Positions 37,620 to 47,520 of a DNA stretch of 64,000 bases are shown here, one piece after another. The position numbers and the translations under genes were made by a program. The stretch comes from a virus (lineage: Duplodnaviria > Caudoviricetes). How positions within the stretch are numbered: position 1 is the first letter of the stretch; each line of letters opens with the position of its first letter. The notes below the pieces were generated by a model, which was not told where the DNA came from, ran no database searches, and was given only the letters and a program-made list of their open reading frames with translations. The DNA is taken from positions 158-64,157 of the IMG/VR virus record IMGVR_UViG_3300046787_000138. One strand, 5' to 3'.

Positions 37620-37814
37620 TCAGGTTCTCCAGACGCGCAATCCTTTGATGCCTTCTTCTATGGTTACTTTGGTAACCACAGCTATCTTCAATCTCTTCGT
37701 GATTTGCGCGATTGTTTTACGGGCTTCTTTGTGGTCGATGCAGGGCACAAAGAAGCTGTGCCCTTTTCGGAACTTGCCCCAATCAATCCGGTACGTTACC
37801 GTCTCGATCTTCAT
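37620..37814 (-). CDS. Small hypothetical protein
   Basis: Ends GLRVWRT; overlaps primase 3' end. Confidence 0.7.
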   Translation of the reverse strand: MKIETVTYRIDWGKFRKGHSFFVPCIDHKEARKTIAQITKRLKIAVVTKVTIEEGIKGLRVWRT

Positions 37815-40635
37815 CGGCTAACACCTCCAGTGGTACGAGACTGTCGAAGTTCTTGGTGTTGAAGTGCAGTGCGCGGACGGCTGGGGAAACCATCTTCATG
37901 CCCTTCGACATACGCTTGTTGACGGCTTCAATGAACACGCCCTCGCTGGTCAACTGCTTGATTGCGTCACGGTAGTGAATCTGGAACTTCACGCAGTAGT
38001 CTTTGAACGCCTTGGCCGCAATGAACAGGTCACCCGTGTCTGGCTCAAACCGCATGAGAAGTTCGCCCTTCGGCTCGGCCAGTGGCAGTGCCTCCATATT
38101 CGTGCGCTTGTCCACCACTCCGTTCACAACCAAGGCGTTGTTCATGTGTGAGTTGATGAAGTCGCCGAGCATGATGGTCGGGTTAGAAGCAGGTGGGGTC
38201 ACCTCGTCGCGCATCTCAGCCAGCATACCGACCAACCACTTGTAGATTGCCTTCATGTCGTAGTCGTGCAAGCCGAGTTCCTTGGAAATCAAACCACCAG
38301 CAATGTTGATGGCAGCGGCGGCTGACCAGAAGCGCTCCCGTGCGGTGAACTGAACTTCCTTGTCGATACGGGCTTGGATGCTGCGAACCAAAGCAATGGC
38401 CTCTTCCAAGTTGTTGACGAGCCACTCGGCATAAATGTCACCGGCGTGGCCGTAGTTCTCAAGCATCTGATGGTCAAACATCTGCTTACCTTCTTCGACG
38501 CTGATGATCGTTGTCGGCTCAATCTTGTACTCAAGCAGACGCATGGATTCGCCGTCGGGTGAGTTCTTTGCCGCACCGAGTTTCTCGTAGAAGCTGGCGT
38601 TGGACGATGCCAAGGTCATGTTGTTCCACTTGGTGTGGTTGGCGCGCAGCTCGTTGGTTTGCGACTTAGCGCGGTCCTTGCCTCGGCCTTGAGAGATGCT
38701 GTAAGCTAAGTCAGAGAACTCCATGGGGCTGGTGTTCGTGATCTCGTCGATCGTGTTGGGCAGGTTGTTGTGCACACCGAGACGCATCATCTTGGCATTG
38801 AGCGTGTCCTTCCACATCGAAGACAACTCTTTGGGGTGGCCCCAGACACTGTTGCACATAAACAACGCTGTCGACTTACCTGAACCTGACGACTTGTGGA
38901 TGACGTTGATGATCGCGCCGCTCAAGCCCGTGAACTTCAACAACGGGGAGCCAAAGGCTGTGAGTGCTGCAAACGCATGGGGCTCAAGGCCGGGCCGTGC
39001 GTACATGTTGAACACCTCTTTCCACTTCTCGAACGTACCAGTCGGCACCATCTTCTCGGCAAACGCACGGGTGATGGCTGATGGTGGGCTGTAAAACACC
39101 CCGTCTTTTGTAATCTCTCGGTCGCCGACAATGAACTTGCTGTCGTTGTCGACCCATCCAAATTGTGTTCGCATAACTTCTGCCTTCCTCACATACTGTA
39201 AATTTTTCATGAACGCCACGACGAAGATCGCCAGTAGCTCATGTTGCTTTTGTGTTGCCATCACACCATGGTGTGACAGTTGTTTGCGCAGCTCATCTTT
39301 CGCTGAGATTGCTGTCGCTGGAATAGAGAACTCTTTCACCCCATCGTGCGGCAGGTGCAGTCGGAACAGGGCCACTTCACCCATCTCGGGGTCTTTCATA
39401 CGCTTGACCACGTACAGGTCATGCTCGTACACCAGCACAGAGTCATCCTCGTCGGTCTCCCCTTTGCGCCAGATACCGCCTTCTTTGCCACGGAAGAAAG
39501 GGAATGGGTACTCAGGAATACGGTAGCTTGTGACTTCTCCTTCTTCCTCTGTCGGCTCCTGCTCAACGACGTACTCACCGTCTTCGACTTCAGCTTGGGC
39601 AATTTCCATGCCGAGCACGATTGGGGATTTGATCTTGCCTTTGTGTGGGCACCCTGCGCAGCCAGTCGGGTTGATCTTCTCGAATGTCAGGCAGTGATGA
39701 GGGCCACCGTTCGCAACCAACTCGGCTACCTTCTTATCTACCTCGGAAGGGTTGTAGGCTGGGTACTGACTGGACATCATGTGGGCAGCTTTGTCTTTGT
39801 CCACGCAGAACGCAGTGATCGACAGGGCGGAGCGCCACAGGGGTTCCTCAATAGTGTCTTGGTTTTGGTAGCAGTAGTTCAGCTGGGCACAGCCGTTCTC
39901 CGCTTTCATCATGATGTTTTTGAACCGCTTAACCTTGTTGCCCATCAAGGCTTCCATCATTGGGCTGATGGACGGTAAGAAGTCAGGTTTGTCGTCAACT
40001 GGGTCGGCAGCGCCGAGCAGCTCTTTCCATTGGTCGTACGTCAGGGTCTGTGTGTTCTCGTTGAGAACAGTGACTTCCATCGGTTCGGCTTGCTTGAAGT
40101 TAAATGTGCCGGGGATGCGCAGTACCCGTGCTGCTTCGAATACGGAGGAATCCACAATGATGCCGTGCTCAACGCACAGTTCACGTAGACGAGTTGCGAG
40201 GGGGAGCCAGTCGCGGCGCTCAACTGTTTCTTCAATCAACCAGTAGGCGTGAACGCCATAACCTGAGCTGACCATAATTGGGCGGGGCAATCTTGCGGCG
40301 ATGCAGAACTTCTTCAGTTCATCCAAGCCGATTTGCTGCGTGAGATACCCTTTGATGATGCCTTTTTCATCGGGTACGCCTTTTGTTGGGCCGCAGTCAA
40401 TATCCATCCACAGTGCGCGGAAGTAAGTGGCGTTGTCTGCTGTGCGCTTGTTCAGTGGGCCGTACTTGGCGCAACCGAAATACACATCGAACTTGTTGTC
40501 CACCAACGTCTGAGTCTGTGCCTCTACTTCTTCTCTCGTATCGAAAAACTTTTGGTCTGGGTACCGTCCAAGCCCGAGCACACAATACCGGCCTTCGGTG
40601 GGCAGTACGGTGTCGAGAAGGTCGAAGTTAGACAT
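37783..40635 (-). CDS. Primase-helicase (AEP/RepB-like primase + DUF927-type helicase)
   Basis: WMDID, SSGYGVHAYW, RVLRIPGT, Cys cluster, Walker A SGSGKST, Walker B TIDE. Confidence 0.85.
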   Translation of the reverse strand: MSNFDLLDTVLPTEGRYCVLGLGRYPDQKFFDTREEVEAQTQTLVDNKFDVYFGCAKYGPLNKRTADNATYFRALWMDIDCGPTKGVPDEKGIIKGYLTQQIGLDELKKFCIAARLPRPIMVSSGYGVHAYWLIEETVERRDWLPLATRLRELCVEHGIIVDSSVFEAARVLRIPGTFNFKQAEPMEVTVLNENTQTLTYDQWKELLGAADPVDDKPDFLPSISPMMEALMGNKVKRFKNIMMKAENGCAQLNYCYQNQDTIEEPLWRSALSITAFCVDKDKAAHMMSSQYPAYNPSEVDKKVAELVANGGPHHCLTFEKINPTGCAGCPHKGKIKSPIVLGMEIAQAEVEDGEYVVEQEPTEEEGEVTSYRIPEYPFPFFRGKEGGIWRKGETDEDDSVLVYEHDLYVVKRMKDPEMGEVALFRLHLPHDGVKEFSIPATAISAKDELRKQLSHHGVMATQKQHELLAIFVVAFMKNLQYVRKAEVMRTQFGWVDNDSKFIVGDREITKDGVFYSPPSAITRAFAEKMVPTGTFEKWKEVFNMYARPGLEPHAFAALTAFGSPLLKFTGLSGAIINVIHKSSGSGKSTALFMCNSVWGHPKELSSMWKDTLNAKMMRLGVHNNLPNTIDEITNTSPMEFSDLAYSISQGRGKDRAKSQTNELRANHTKWNNMTLASSNASFYEKLGAAKNSPDGESMRLLEYKIEPTTIISVEEGKQMFDHQMLENYGHAGDIYAEWLVNNLEEAIALVRSIQARIDKEVQFTARERFWSAAAAINIAGGLISKELGLHDYDMKAIYKWLVGMLAEMRDEVTPPASNPTIMLGDFINSHMNNALVVNGVVDKRTNMEALPLAEPKGELLMRFEPDTGDLFIAAKAFKDYCVKFQIHYRDAIKQLTSEGVFIEAVNKRMSKGMKMVSPAVRALHFNTKNFDSLVPLEVLADEDRDGNVPD

Positions 40636-40694
40636 ATTGGTTTTCTTTTAGGGACGGCAAAGCTGGGGGCCGAAGCCCCCGTCAGTGCACGGAT

Positions 40695-40934
40695 TTACTT
40701 TTTTGCCTTGAGGCGCGGGAGCAAACGCTCAATCTGTTCGCTATGAGTACGGCTCGGGAGCGTGGTGCCCCAGAACCAGTTGTAGATGGTCGCTCGACTC
40801 ACATCAAGACGACCAGCTATATCACTCACAGGAATGTTGAGAGCAATGCAAGTGCGGCCAAGGACGACGCCCCATGACTTGTCATCGGCCTTTTTATTGG
40901 CTTCGACTAGCTGGTAGCTGTATCCGTAGCTCAT
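40695..40934 (-). CDS. HTH DNA-binding protein (Cro/C1-like)
   Basis: VSDIAGRLDVSRATIYNWFWG. Confidence 0.8.
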   Translation of the reverse strand: MSYGYSYQLVEANKKADDKSWGVVLGRTCIALNIPVSDIAGRLDVSRATIYNWFWGTTLPSRTHSEQIERLLPRLKAKK

Positions 40935-40937
40935 TGC

Positions 40938-41831
40938 TTACTCCTCGTCAGACCAAGCTTTGACCACGTCGTCCAGACCCTTCTTGGGGGTTGGGGTAGG
41001 GGTAGCAGCTTTAGCGCTTTCGCGTTTGACTGGCTCGGCAACATCCTCGGCCACAGGTGCGGCAGCTTTAGGAGCAGGTGCGGCCAATGCAGGAGCACGA
41101 CCCGACGCATCCGCTTGGTACGGAGTCATCGTCACCATCTTTTGAACTTCGGGCTTCTTAGCCACTTCGCTCGTCACTGCGTACTGATCTTTGCTGATGA
41201 ATCGTGCAGGTGTGAACAAGATGGATTGGTTGTCGTTGTTCTCGTTAAAGCTCAACGTAGTCACCACGTAGTCCAAGCTCTTGCCGTTGTTGGCCAAGTA
41301 CTTGGTGTAGTTCTCAAAGGTGTGGGTGTTGTCAGCAGTGCCTTCGCCGAACAGGGACTTGGACGCCAAGTTCAGTTGATAGACTTCGCCTTCCAAAGAA
41401 GTACCAAAATCTTCCACCAAGTTCACAGCGATACGGCGGCTGTAACGGCAAGCCTTGGATGTACCTTGACCCGAACCTTTGATGTTCTGAGCGCAGGTGT
41501 CGCAACGGCTAGCTTGGGGTGCAGTCGAACCAGCATCGGGGGCAACGCCATCATTCGAGAAGCAGTCAGGTGCAGTTGGGTCGGCATCGGGTGTCCATTG
41601 CTTTGCGTAGAAGATACGACCGACTTTGGGGGATGCGTTCACGATGACGACTTCGAGGTCGCCTTTGACCTTGCCCATCTCTTCGCCGCCGACCATCTTA
41701 CGGAAGATACCGTTCTTAGGCACGATGCGCTTAACGCCAGACTTACCAGCGAGTTGTTTGGTGAGGTCACTGACGCCAGCGGTTTGCAGGAAGTCAGGCA
41801 GGTCTTGGTTCAAAAGTGCGATGTTACTCAT
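40938..41831 (-). CDS. Putative ssDNA-binding/annealing protein
   Basis: Replication cluster; PDCFS..CDTC..GS..KACR, Pro/Ala linker and acidic aromatic C-terminus. Confidence 0.55.
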   Translation of the reverse strand: MSNIALLNQDLPDFLQTAGVSDLTKQLAGKSGVKRIVPKNGIFRKMVGGEEMGKVKGDLEVVIVNASPKVGRIFYAKQWTPDADPTAPDCFSNDGVAPDAGSTAPQASRCDTCAQNIKGSGQGTSKACRYSRRIAVNLVEDFGTSLEGEVYQLNLASKSLFGEGTADNTHTFENYTKYLANNGKSLDYVVTTLSFNENNDNQSILFTPARFISKDQYAVTSEVAKKPEVQKMVTMTPYQADASGRAPALAAPAPKAAAPVAEDVAEPVKRESAKAATPTPTPKKGLDDVVKAWSDEE

Positions 41832-41971
41832 TTAGTTTCTCCTTGGATAAATTCAAAAATTTCTTTGGCGATGGCGACGGGGCCATCATCTGCATCTGCT
41901 TGGGCTACGTTGCTGAGGTATTTAACAGCCAGCTCCATTGCGAACATGCGCATTTGGATTTCTTCGTTCAT
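41828..41971 (-). CDS. Small hypothetical protein (47 aa, not in ORF track)
   Basis: MNEEIQMRMFAMELAVKYL...; GGAG RBS, ATGA overlap. Confidence 0.6.
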   Translation of the reverse strand: MNEEIQMRMFAMELAVKYLSNVAQADADDGPVAIAKEIFEFIQGETK

Positions 41972-41985
41972 TTCATTTACTCCGA

Positions 41986-42402
41986 TTATTTAGCGCGTCG
42001 TACGACGATGGTGTATTCACTCTCAACATTCAAGCCCATCGGCAGTGCGTCAGGGTTCTCGTTGAGAAAGTCCTTCATGTTGGTTTGGTGCAAGCGTTTC
42101 TCCAGCAAGCCGAAGGCGTTGTGCTCCTTAATGAAGGCGTACATGGAATCCCAGTCGCCAGTCCAGTACTTTGACTTGACCGAACGAATGATGGTTCCGT
42201 GGGGGGTCTTGATGCTGTCAGCACCAATCTCTTTGCATGAGTCGAGCATCTGCTCGGCCAGCATTTTCTGTTGCTCTTCGAGGTCTTTGTCCACGTTCTC
42301 AAACTCACGTTTGTTCTCGGCACGGGTATCTCGAATCTTCAGGTAGATAGCGGTAAGCTGATCTAGGTCTGGCCGTGTGGCCGCTTCATTTTCTTCACTC
42401 AT
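41986..42402 (-). CDS. Phage replication-region protein
   Basis: AAGGAG RBS; coiled coil then SIKTPHGT...DWD...LLEKR. Confidence 0.8.
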   Translation of the reverse strand: MSEENEAATRPDLDQLTAIYLKIRDTRAENKREFENVDKDLEEQQKMLAEQMLDSCKEIGADSIKTPHGTIIRSVKSKYWTGDWDSMYAFIKEHNAFGLLEKRLHQTNMKDFLNENPDALPMGLNVESEYTIVVRRAK

Positions 42403-42510
42403 CTAACACTCCTTTGGTTGGTAAAAAGTTGTGGCGGTAATGGATTGCACCATCTTCAAAACTGTTCCTTGAGCCCACTGAAAGGTATTTACAGACTCGC
42501 CACGAAACCG

Positions 42511-42538
42511 ACTATATCACATCTTTAGACATTGTCAA
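42511..42538 (-). promoter_or_regulatory. Sigma70 promoter
   Basis: TTGACA-16 bp-TATAGT with TGn extension. Confidence 0.75.
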
Positions 42539-43922
42539 CCTCTGTCGAAGAAATTTCTTGTCGGTACAAATCAATGATTTGTTGGTGGTTGGATACGTTC
42601 CCCCGAAGCATCGCGTAAACGCGGCGTTCGGTTTGGCTCCCACAGATATGCACGATGGTCATTGGGTTGACCTGACCGGGACGGTCAATACGTGCGTTGG
42701 CCTGAAGATAAGTCTCCACGCTGGTACAGGGAGCGTACCAAATAATTGTGTCGGCGGCAGTAAGTGTAAGCCCGTGTGACGCCGCTTGTGGTTGGATGAT
42801 GAGAACCTTTGTAGTCGGCTGGTCTTGGAAGTCGCGCACAATGTCACTGCGGCGGTTCACTGGCACGGCTCCGTTAATCACGTCACACGTTATGCCGTTC
42901 TTGGTCAGGTGGTTCTTGAGCATCTCGATGGTGTGCGTAAAGGGCACGAACACCAGCACCTTGTTACTGCTCTCGTCGATGACTTCCTGCACCACGTTCA
43001 TGCGGTTGGACACGTCGAACTCCAGCACCTCATGGTTGTCGGTATAGACCGAGCCACAGGAAATCTGAAGCAGCTTGCTCATCTTGGTTGCGGCGTTCAC
43101 TGCGGAAACCTCTTCGCCTGCCGCTTCCAACAACATCTCCTTCTTGAGAATAGCGTAGTACTTGGCTTGCTGCGGAGTCAATGGCGCATCACGGTCGATG
43201 AACGTCAGAGGCGGCAAGTCGATACAGTCTTTCTTCACAAAACGAATTGCTGGCTGGAGGATGCTATGCACCGTGTGCTTGGCTGTCGGCTTCGGAATCC
43301 ACTTGAACTTGGTGAGCTGCGTCATGACCATGTCCTTGTACTGGCCGTGGAACATGGGCACACCCTTGGGGTTAATCAGCTTGGCCAAGCCATACGCATC
43401 GAGCGGAGACTGCGCCGCTGGCGTACCTGTCAACATCCACAAGCCTTTGACGACTTTGTTAATGTCACGCAGGGTTTTCCAGCGGGTTGTCTGTGCGTTC
43501 TTATACGCAGAGGCTTCGTCTACAACGATGAGGTCAAACCCCCCGTTGATGATCTCGTTCTTCACGATCTCGACACCATCGAAGTTGATGATGACGAACT
43601 CGGCACCAGCGTTGATGATTTCCTTACGCTTGCGCGCACTGCCGTGGGCTACTGCTACTGTGCGATGAATAGCGAACTTGAACAAGTCCTGTTGCCATGC
43701 CGACTTCATGATCGACAGAGGGCAAATCACTAACACTCTCTTCACTATGCTTCGCTGCATCAAATAGTCCACCGCCCAAATCACCGACGCTGTCTTACCT
43801 GTACCCTGCTCGTTAAAGCAGAACGCCTTGCGGTTGGTGGTCAGGAATTGCGCTGTTTCTTTTTGGTGGTTGAATGGCTCGAACCCGTGAGGGCGGGGCC
43901 ATCCGTAAGTCTCTAGGCTCAT
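42525..43922 (-). CDS. SNF2-family helicase
   Basis: EQGTGKT, VDEAS, LTGTP, HGLTLT, QANARIDRPGQ. Confidence 0.92.
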   Translation of the reverse strand: MSLETYGWPRPHGFEPFNHQKETAQFLTTNRKAFCFNEQGTGKTASVIWAVDYLMQRSIVKRVLVICPLSIMKSAWQQDLFKFAIHRTVAVAHGSARKRKEIINAGAEFVIINFDGVEIVKNEIINGGFDLIVVDEASAYKNAQTTRWKTLRDINKVVKGLWMLTGTPAAQSPLDAYGLAKLINPKGVPMFHGQYKDMVMTQLTKFKWIPKPTAKHTVHSILQPAIRFVKKDCIDLPPLTFIDRDAPLTPQQAKYYAILKKEMLLEAAGEEVSAVNAATKMSKLLQISCGSVYTDNHEVLEFDVSNRMNVVQEVIDESSNKVLVFVPFTHTIEMLKNHLTKNGITCDVINGAVPVNRRSDIVRDFQDQPTTKVLIIQPQAASHGLTLTAADTIIWYAPCTSVETYLQANARIDRPGQVNPMTIVHICGSQTERRVYAMLRGNVSNHQQIIDLYRQEISSTEVDNV

Positions 43923-44242
43923 TTTTTCTTTCGTGCTTTGGCTTCTTTGGTACTCGTCTCTGACACAACTTTGTGGTCTGACCCACGCTTGAATGATCGG
44001 TTCTTCGATGGTGCTTCGATACGCACACCGTTCTTGTTCGCGCCGCCCTTTGACAGAGCTACTCGGTGGGCCACATCTTTGCCTTCTCGCTTATCCGCAA
44101 TGTTGTTACCGTTCTTGTCGGCACTGACTTTGTCGATAGCTTCACGGGCGCGTTGGCGCTCCATACGAGCTGGCAGTTCGCCACGGGCGACTTGCTGTTG
44201 GTATTCCTTCTTGTAAGGGCGGGGTTTGTTTACGTAGGGCAT
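43919..44242 (-). CDS. Small HNH-like protein
   Basis: KDVAH...SKGG.N...NRS; start at ATG 44242 with AGGAG RBS. Confidence 0.6.
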   Translation of the reverse strand: MPYVNKPRPYKKEYQQQVARGELPARMERQRAREAIDKVSADKNGNNIADKREGKDVAHRVALSKGGANKNGVRIEAPSKNRSFKRGSDHKVVSETSTKEAKARKKK

Positions 44243-44243
44243 C

Positions 44244-44909
44244 TCAACTCCTGTTGTGCTCACATTGTTTGACCGCGCAGAACCTGCACAGTGGACCCGT
44301 GATTGGGTTCCATACGCCATTTTCCAACGCCGCCTCGATTCGCGCAACGTCTTGGCTGGGTTTCTCCATGTACTTGGCCACCATCTCGGCATGGTGCGTA
44401 GCCTTGACGAACTCCTTGCTCACCACGAACAGCAGGGCTGACTTGATGCGCTTGATCTTGGGGTACTTCTTGAAGATGGCCGTGGCCACCAAGTCCAACT
44501 GCTTGACGTCAGCATAACGGGCAGACTTGCTGGTTTTGTAGTCAACCGACCACGCCAGCTCCTTCTCCTCGTCCAAGATGACCAAGTCGGCGATACCCCG
44601 CCACCACGCCTCGGGTGCGTCAAACGCGCATGGCTCAAGGTCTTTGGTCAGGCCGAGTTCTTCCTCGCACAATTTAATCCCGGGGATAGCGGCTAGAGCG
44701 TCTAGCGTATCTCTAAGATATTCAAAGGCCGGAGGGATCGGCGTTCCGTCCTTAATGTATTCCTCAGCAACTGTATGCGCCGACTTACCGTACAGCGTAG
44801 CCGTGGTGTCGGGCTCCTTCACATCCTTCGCTACCTTGGTGTGGTAGTACTTCTTCGGGCATTGTTGGAACGTCTTCAGGCTACTGAAGGACCACTTAAT
44901 TGGTTGCAT
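44244..44909 (-). CDS. PD-(D/E)xK exonuclease (Cas4/RecB-like)
   Basis: WSFSSLKTFQQCP, GIAD, DYKT, terminal CxxC-x4-C. Confidence 0.85.
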   Translation of the reverse strand: MQPIKWSFSSLKTFQQCPKKYYHTKVAKDVKEPDTTATLYGKSAHTVAEEYIKDGTPIPPAFEYLRDTLDALAAIPGIKLCEEELGLTKDLEPCAFDAPEAWWRGIADLVILDEEKELAWSVDYKTSKSARYADVKQLDLVATAIFKKYPKIKRIKSALLFVVSKEFVKATHHAEMVAKYMEKPSQDVARIEAALENGVWNPITGPLCRFCAVKQCEHNRS

Positions 44910-45228
44910 TTGTATCCTCATTTTCAAAAACTTCGCCGACCATACGCTTGATGTTGAATAGGTCTTTGTGTTGTGGGTAGGTCTTACGCCACAGTCGGGC
45001 ATAAAAGGCTATGTGCCCGTTACCGATTTTGTAGTCTTTACCTGTGGTGACAATGTACACCTCCCAGCGAATACGGTTGACAATCAGCCAGTGGCTAATT
45101 TTCTTCCTACCATGCTTGATAGCTTCAAGGGAAAACTTTTCAAAGTACGTCCACACCAATGGGTTATCGGCGTGCCACTTGTCAAACTCAGCTTGTTTTT
45201 TGTGGAACGGTTTGTTAGCAGTCGCCAT
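44896..45228 (-). CDS. Hypothetical phage protein
   Basis: WHADNP...RIRWE...FYARL. Confidence 0.7.
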   Translation of the reverse strand: MATANKPFHKKQAEFDKWHADNPLVWTYFEKFSLEAIKHGRKKISHWLIVNRIRWEVYIVTTGKDYKIGNGHIAFYARLWRKTYPQHKDLFNIKRMVGEVFENEDTNATN

Positions 45229-47032
45229 AGCTCTCTCCATATCCTGATTCGCAATTCAAGGGCAACTCCAAGCCCCACTTGGGTCGGATGCGCATACACA
45301 TCTCGACGTATTCCACAGCAGTCGCAACCTCTTCGGTCTTGACGATACAAGCCACAGCGTCATGCACAGTCATCACAACGTGATACTTCTTGGCAATCAT
45401 CAGCATTTGGTCGCCGATGATGATACGCGCTAGGGCTTGGCATACGTTTTCGATTACCTTCCCACCGTAGATGCGGTTGGGGATGATGGCTCGGCCCTTC
45501 TTGGTGTCATACACGTATTCGGGTCTGCCTTCGTCGTTTGTGATACCGCGCAGGTTTGGGTACTTGAGGTACAACCCGTTCGGTAACAAGACACCGTTCT
45601 TACCTTCAATCTTCAGGATGCCATCACGCCCAAGTGTTGTTGTTTGGTTCATGATGATCGCGCCAAGGATTAAATTGGCCGACTTCCACAGTGCAGTGAT
45701 TCGGGGGTAGGTTTGACGATAGGTGTCGATGATTCGTTTCGCTTCATCAAGCTCGACAACAACTCCAAAGTTTTTAAGCTGAGCTTGGAACTTCGCCGCC
45801 CCCATGCCGTACCCCGCGCCCAAGATTGTCGTCTTGCCCACGAACCGTTCGTCTTTGGAAATCTCCTCGACTGGCTTGCCGTAAATAGCAGATGCCATGA
45901 TTTTGTAAACGTCCTCGCCACGGTCAAATGCCTCCACTAAGTCGTCTTGCCCAGCTAGCCATGCCAGCGTACGGGCTTCAATTTGCGATGAGTCGGAGTC
46001 GATCATCAAGTACCCCGCAGGTGCGAGGATGGATTTCTTCAGCGCCGACCCCCTTGGCAGGTTCTGAAGATTGAGTTTGTCGTCACCACCCCACCGTCCT
46101 GTGTGCGCGGCGTAATATCGGAGGGGAACTGGCATAGCCCCTCGTTGAGCAATCCCAATAAAACGTTCAGTTCGCGACTCCTCAATCGTAGACTTCGTAC
46201 CCAGTCGGGCGGCGACGAGGGCTTGTACGGACGAATCATGATGTTCGAGAAGTTCTTTAAACGCCTCGTCTGTCTTTGCGAACGCATAGGTCTCCTTCTT
46301 CGTGGTCGCGCTAATCTTTGTCGGCGGAGTTACACCATACAGTCTCAGCATATCGGCGAACTTGTCGTTGCTCATCAGCACGTCTTTGTCGAAGTTCTCC
46401 AGCAGCTCGGCCTTGCGTTGCTGTTCTCTCAGCAGGTGAGAGCGAAGCAGTGGCTCATCCAGTTGCAAGACTGGCTCGGTGAACATACGGATGGTCAGGT
46501 CGATCAAACGCAACTCCGTCTTCGGGAAGTCTTGGCTCATGCACCCGAACAAGTCCCATGTCAGGCGCACGTCGTTCTTGCAGTACTCCCCATACTGAGC
46601 TAGCTGGGCAGGAGGGAAGTCCGTGCGGCGCAATCCCTTGGCGTCATTCACCTCAGTGCCCTTCTCGCCGATGCCATAGAACTCCGCCAGAACCTTGAGG
46701 CTACCGCCTACGTTCGTACCATGAAGCGCTCGGCCCATCGACAGAGTGTCCAGCCACCCCTTCGGTTTGATTTGGAAGTGCTCGGTCAAGATGAAGCCGT
46801 CGAACATAGCGTTGTGGGCTAGGGCGAGGGAGTTCTCCCAATCAAACTGCTTGAGAAAGGCATACGTGCCAATCGAATCACCTGTGTACCACTCGGGCTC
46901 ACCGTCATTGACCTGCACAGCAACACCGACGACTTCAAAGCGCGGGTCACGTACGTATTCCTCAGTAGTCTGTTTCGCAAACCCGAGATCAGCGGAGTAG
47001 TAGGTCTCGAAATCGACCGTGATGATGTTCAT
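45215..47032 (-). CDS. polA: Family A DNA polymerase with 3'-5' exonuclease
   Basis: DFET, HNAMFD, NLQNLP, motif A DSSQIEAR, motif B R...KTTILGAGYG, motif C VHD. Confidence 0.93.
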   Translation of the reverse strand: MNIITVDFETYYSADLGFAKQTTEEYVRDPRFEVVGVAVQVNDGEPEWYTGDSIGTYAFLKQFDWENSLALAHNAMFDGFILTEHFQIKPKGWLDTLSMGRALHGTNVGGSLKVLAEFYGIGEKGTEVNDAKGLRRTDFPPAQLAQYGEYCKNDVRLTWDLFGCMSQDFPKTELRLIDLTIRMFTEPVLQLDEPLLRSHLLREQQRKAELLENFDKDVLMSNDKFADMLRLYGVTPPTKISATTKKETYAFAKTDEAFKELLEHHDSSVQALVAARLGTKSTIEESRTERFIGIAQRGAMPVPLRYYAAHTGRWGGDDKLNLQNLPRGSALKKSILAPAGYLMIDSDSSQIEARTLAWLAGQDDLVEAFDRGEDVYKIMASAIYGKPVEEISKDERFVGKTTILGAGYGMGAAKFQAQLKNFGVVVELDEAKRIIDTYRQTYPRITALWKSANLILGAIIMNQTTTLGRDGILKIEGKNGVLLPNGLYLKYPNLRGITNDEGRPEYVYDTKKGRAIIPNRIYGGKVIENVCQALARIIIGDQMLMIAKKYHVVMTVHDAVACIVKTEEVATAVEYVEMCMRIRPKWGLELPLNCESGYGESYGDC

Positions 47033-47517
47033 CTAGAACCCCCAAAAATTCCTGAAAATGCGTTACCTGCTTGGCCGAGCAAGCCTTGATACCCGCTTTG
47101 TGCGGCGTTGTGGTGCAGTGGCGAAATGCCCCCTGCTTTGATTTGTTGCGCGGCCATTTGCTGTTGGTACATCTGTTGTTTCATCACCTGCACCTGCACC
47201 CTTTGCTCTTCTTGGCGCGTGTAGTAGTCCTCGTCGAACACTTTTTCCATCGTGCGCTTTTCAAAGTATTTGTAGTGGTATTGCTTCCATGCGGCGACAA
47301 GCGCTTGTTTGTCGGCATCGCTCAGAAACCAAAACGCCTCATCCACATACGAACCTTCGTGTTTAAAAGCCAGCTCGTCTCCACCGCCAGCTAACTTTGT
47401 TAGGTAAGGAGCCAAGTGCCCAAACCGAGGCGCGTCCAACGCGCCCGTATCAAAGTCTTCGGGGTGTGATTCCATCCGTGCAATCAGCACGGTCACTGCG
47501 TTAGATAGTTCGGTCAT
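47029..47517 (-). CDS. Hypothetical protein, RMExxPExF paralog 3
   Basis: VLIARMESHPEDF. Confidence 0.75.
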   Translation of the reverse strand: MTELSNAVTVLIARMESHPEDFDTGALDAPRFGHLAPYLTKLAGGGDELAFKHEGSYVDEAFWFLSDADKQALVAAWKQYHYKYFEKRTMEKVFDEDYYTRQEEQRVQVQVMKQQMYQQQMAAQQIKAGGISPLHHNAAQSGYQGLLGQAGNAFSGIFGGSR

Positions 47518-47520
47518 TTT

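Noticed and set aside
40665-40680. GGGGGC-TTCG-GCCCCC hairpin (- strand) as a terminator before the primase
   Set aside because: Stable UUCG hairpin but without a convincing U-tract; left uncalled.
44244-44909. Cas4-like nuclease as evidence of a CRISPR system
   Set aside because: Stand-alone PD-(D/E)xK exonucleases are common in phage replication modules; no other cas genes or array.
1678-47032. Inteins, introns or stop-codon recoding in TerL, helicases or PolA
   Set aside because: All are continuous and of expected length in the standard code.
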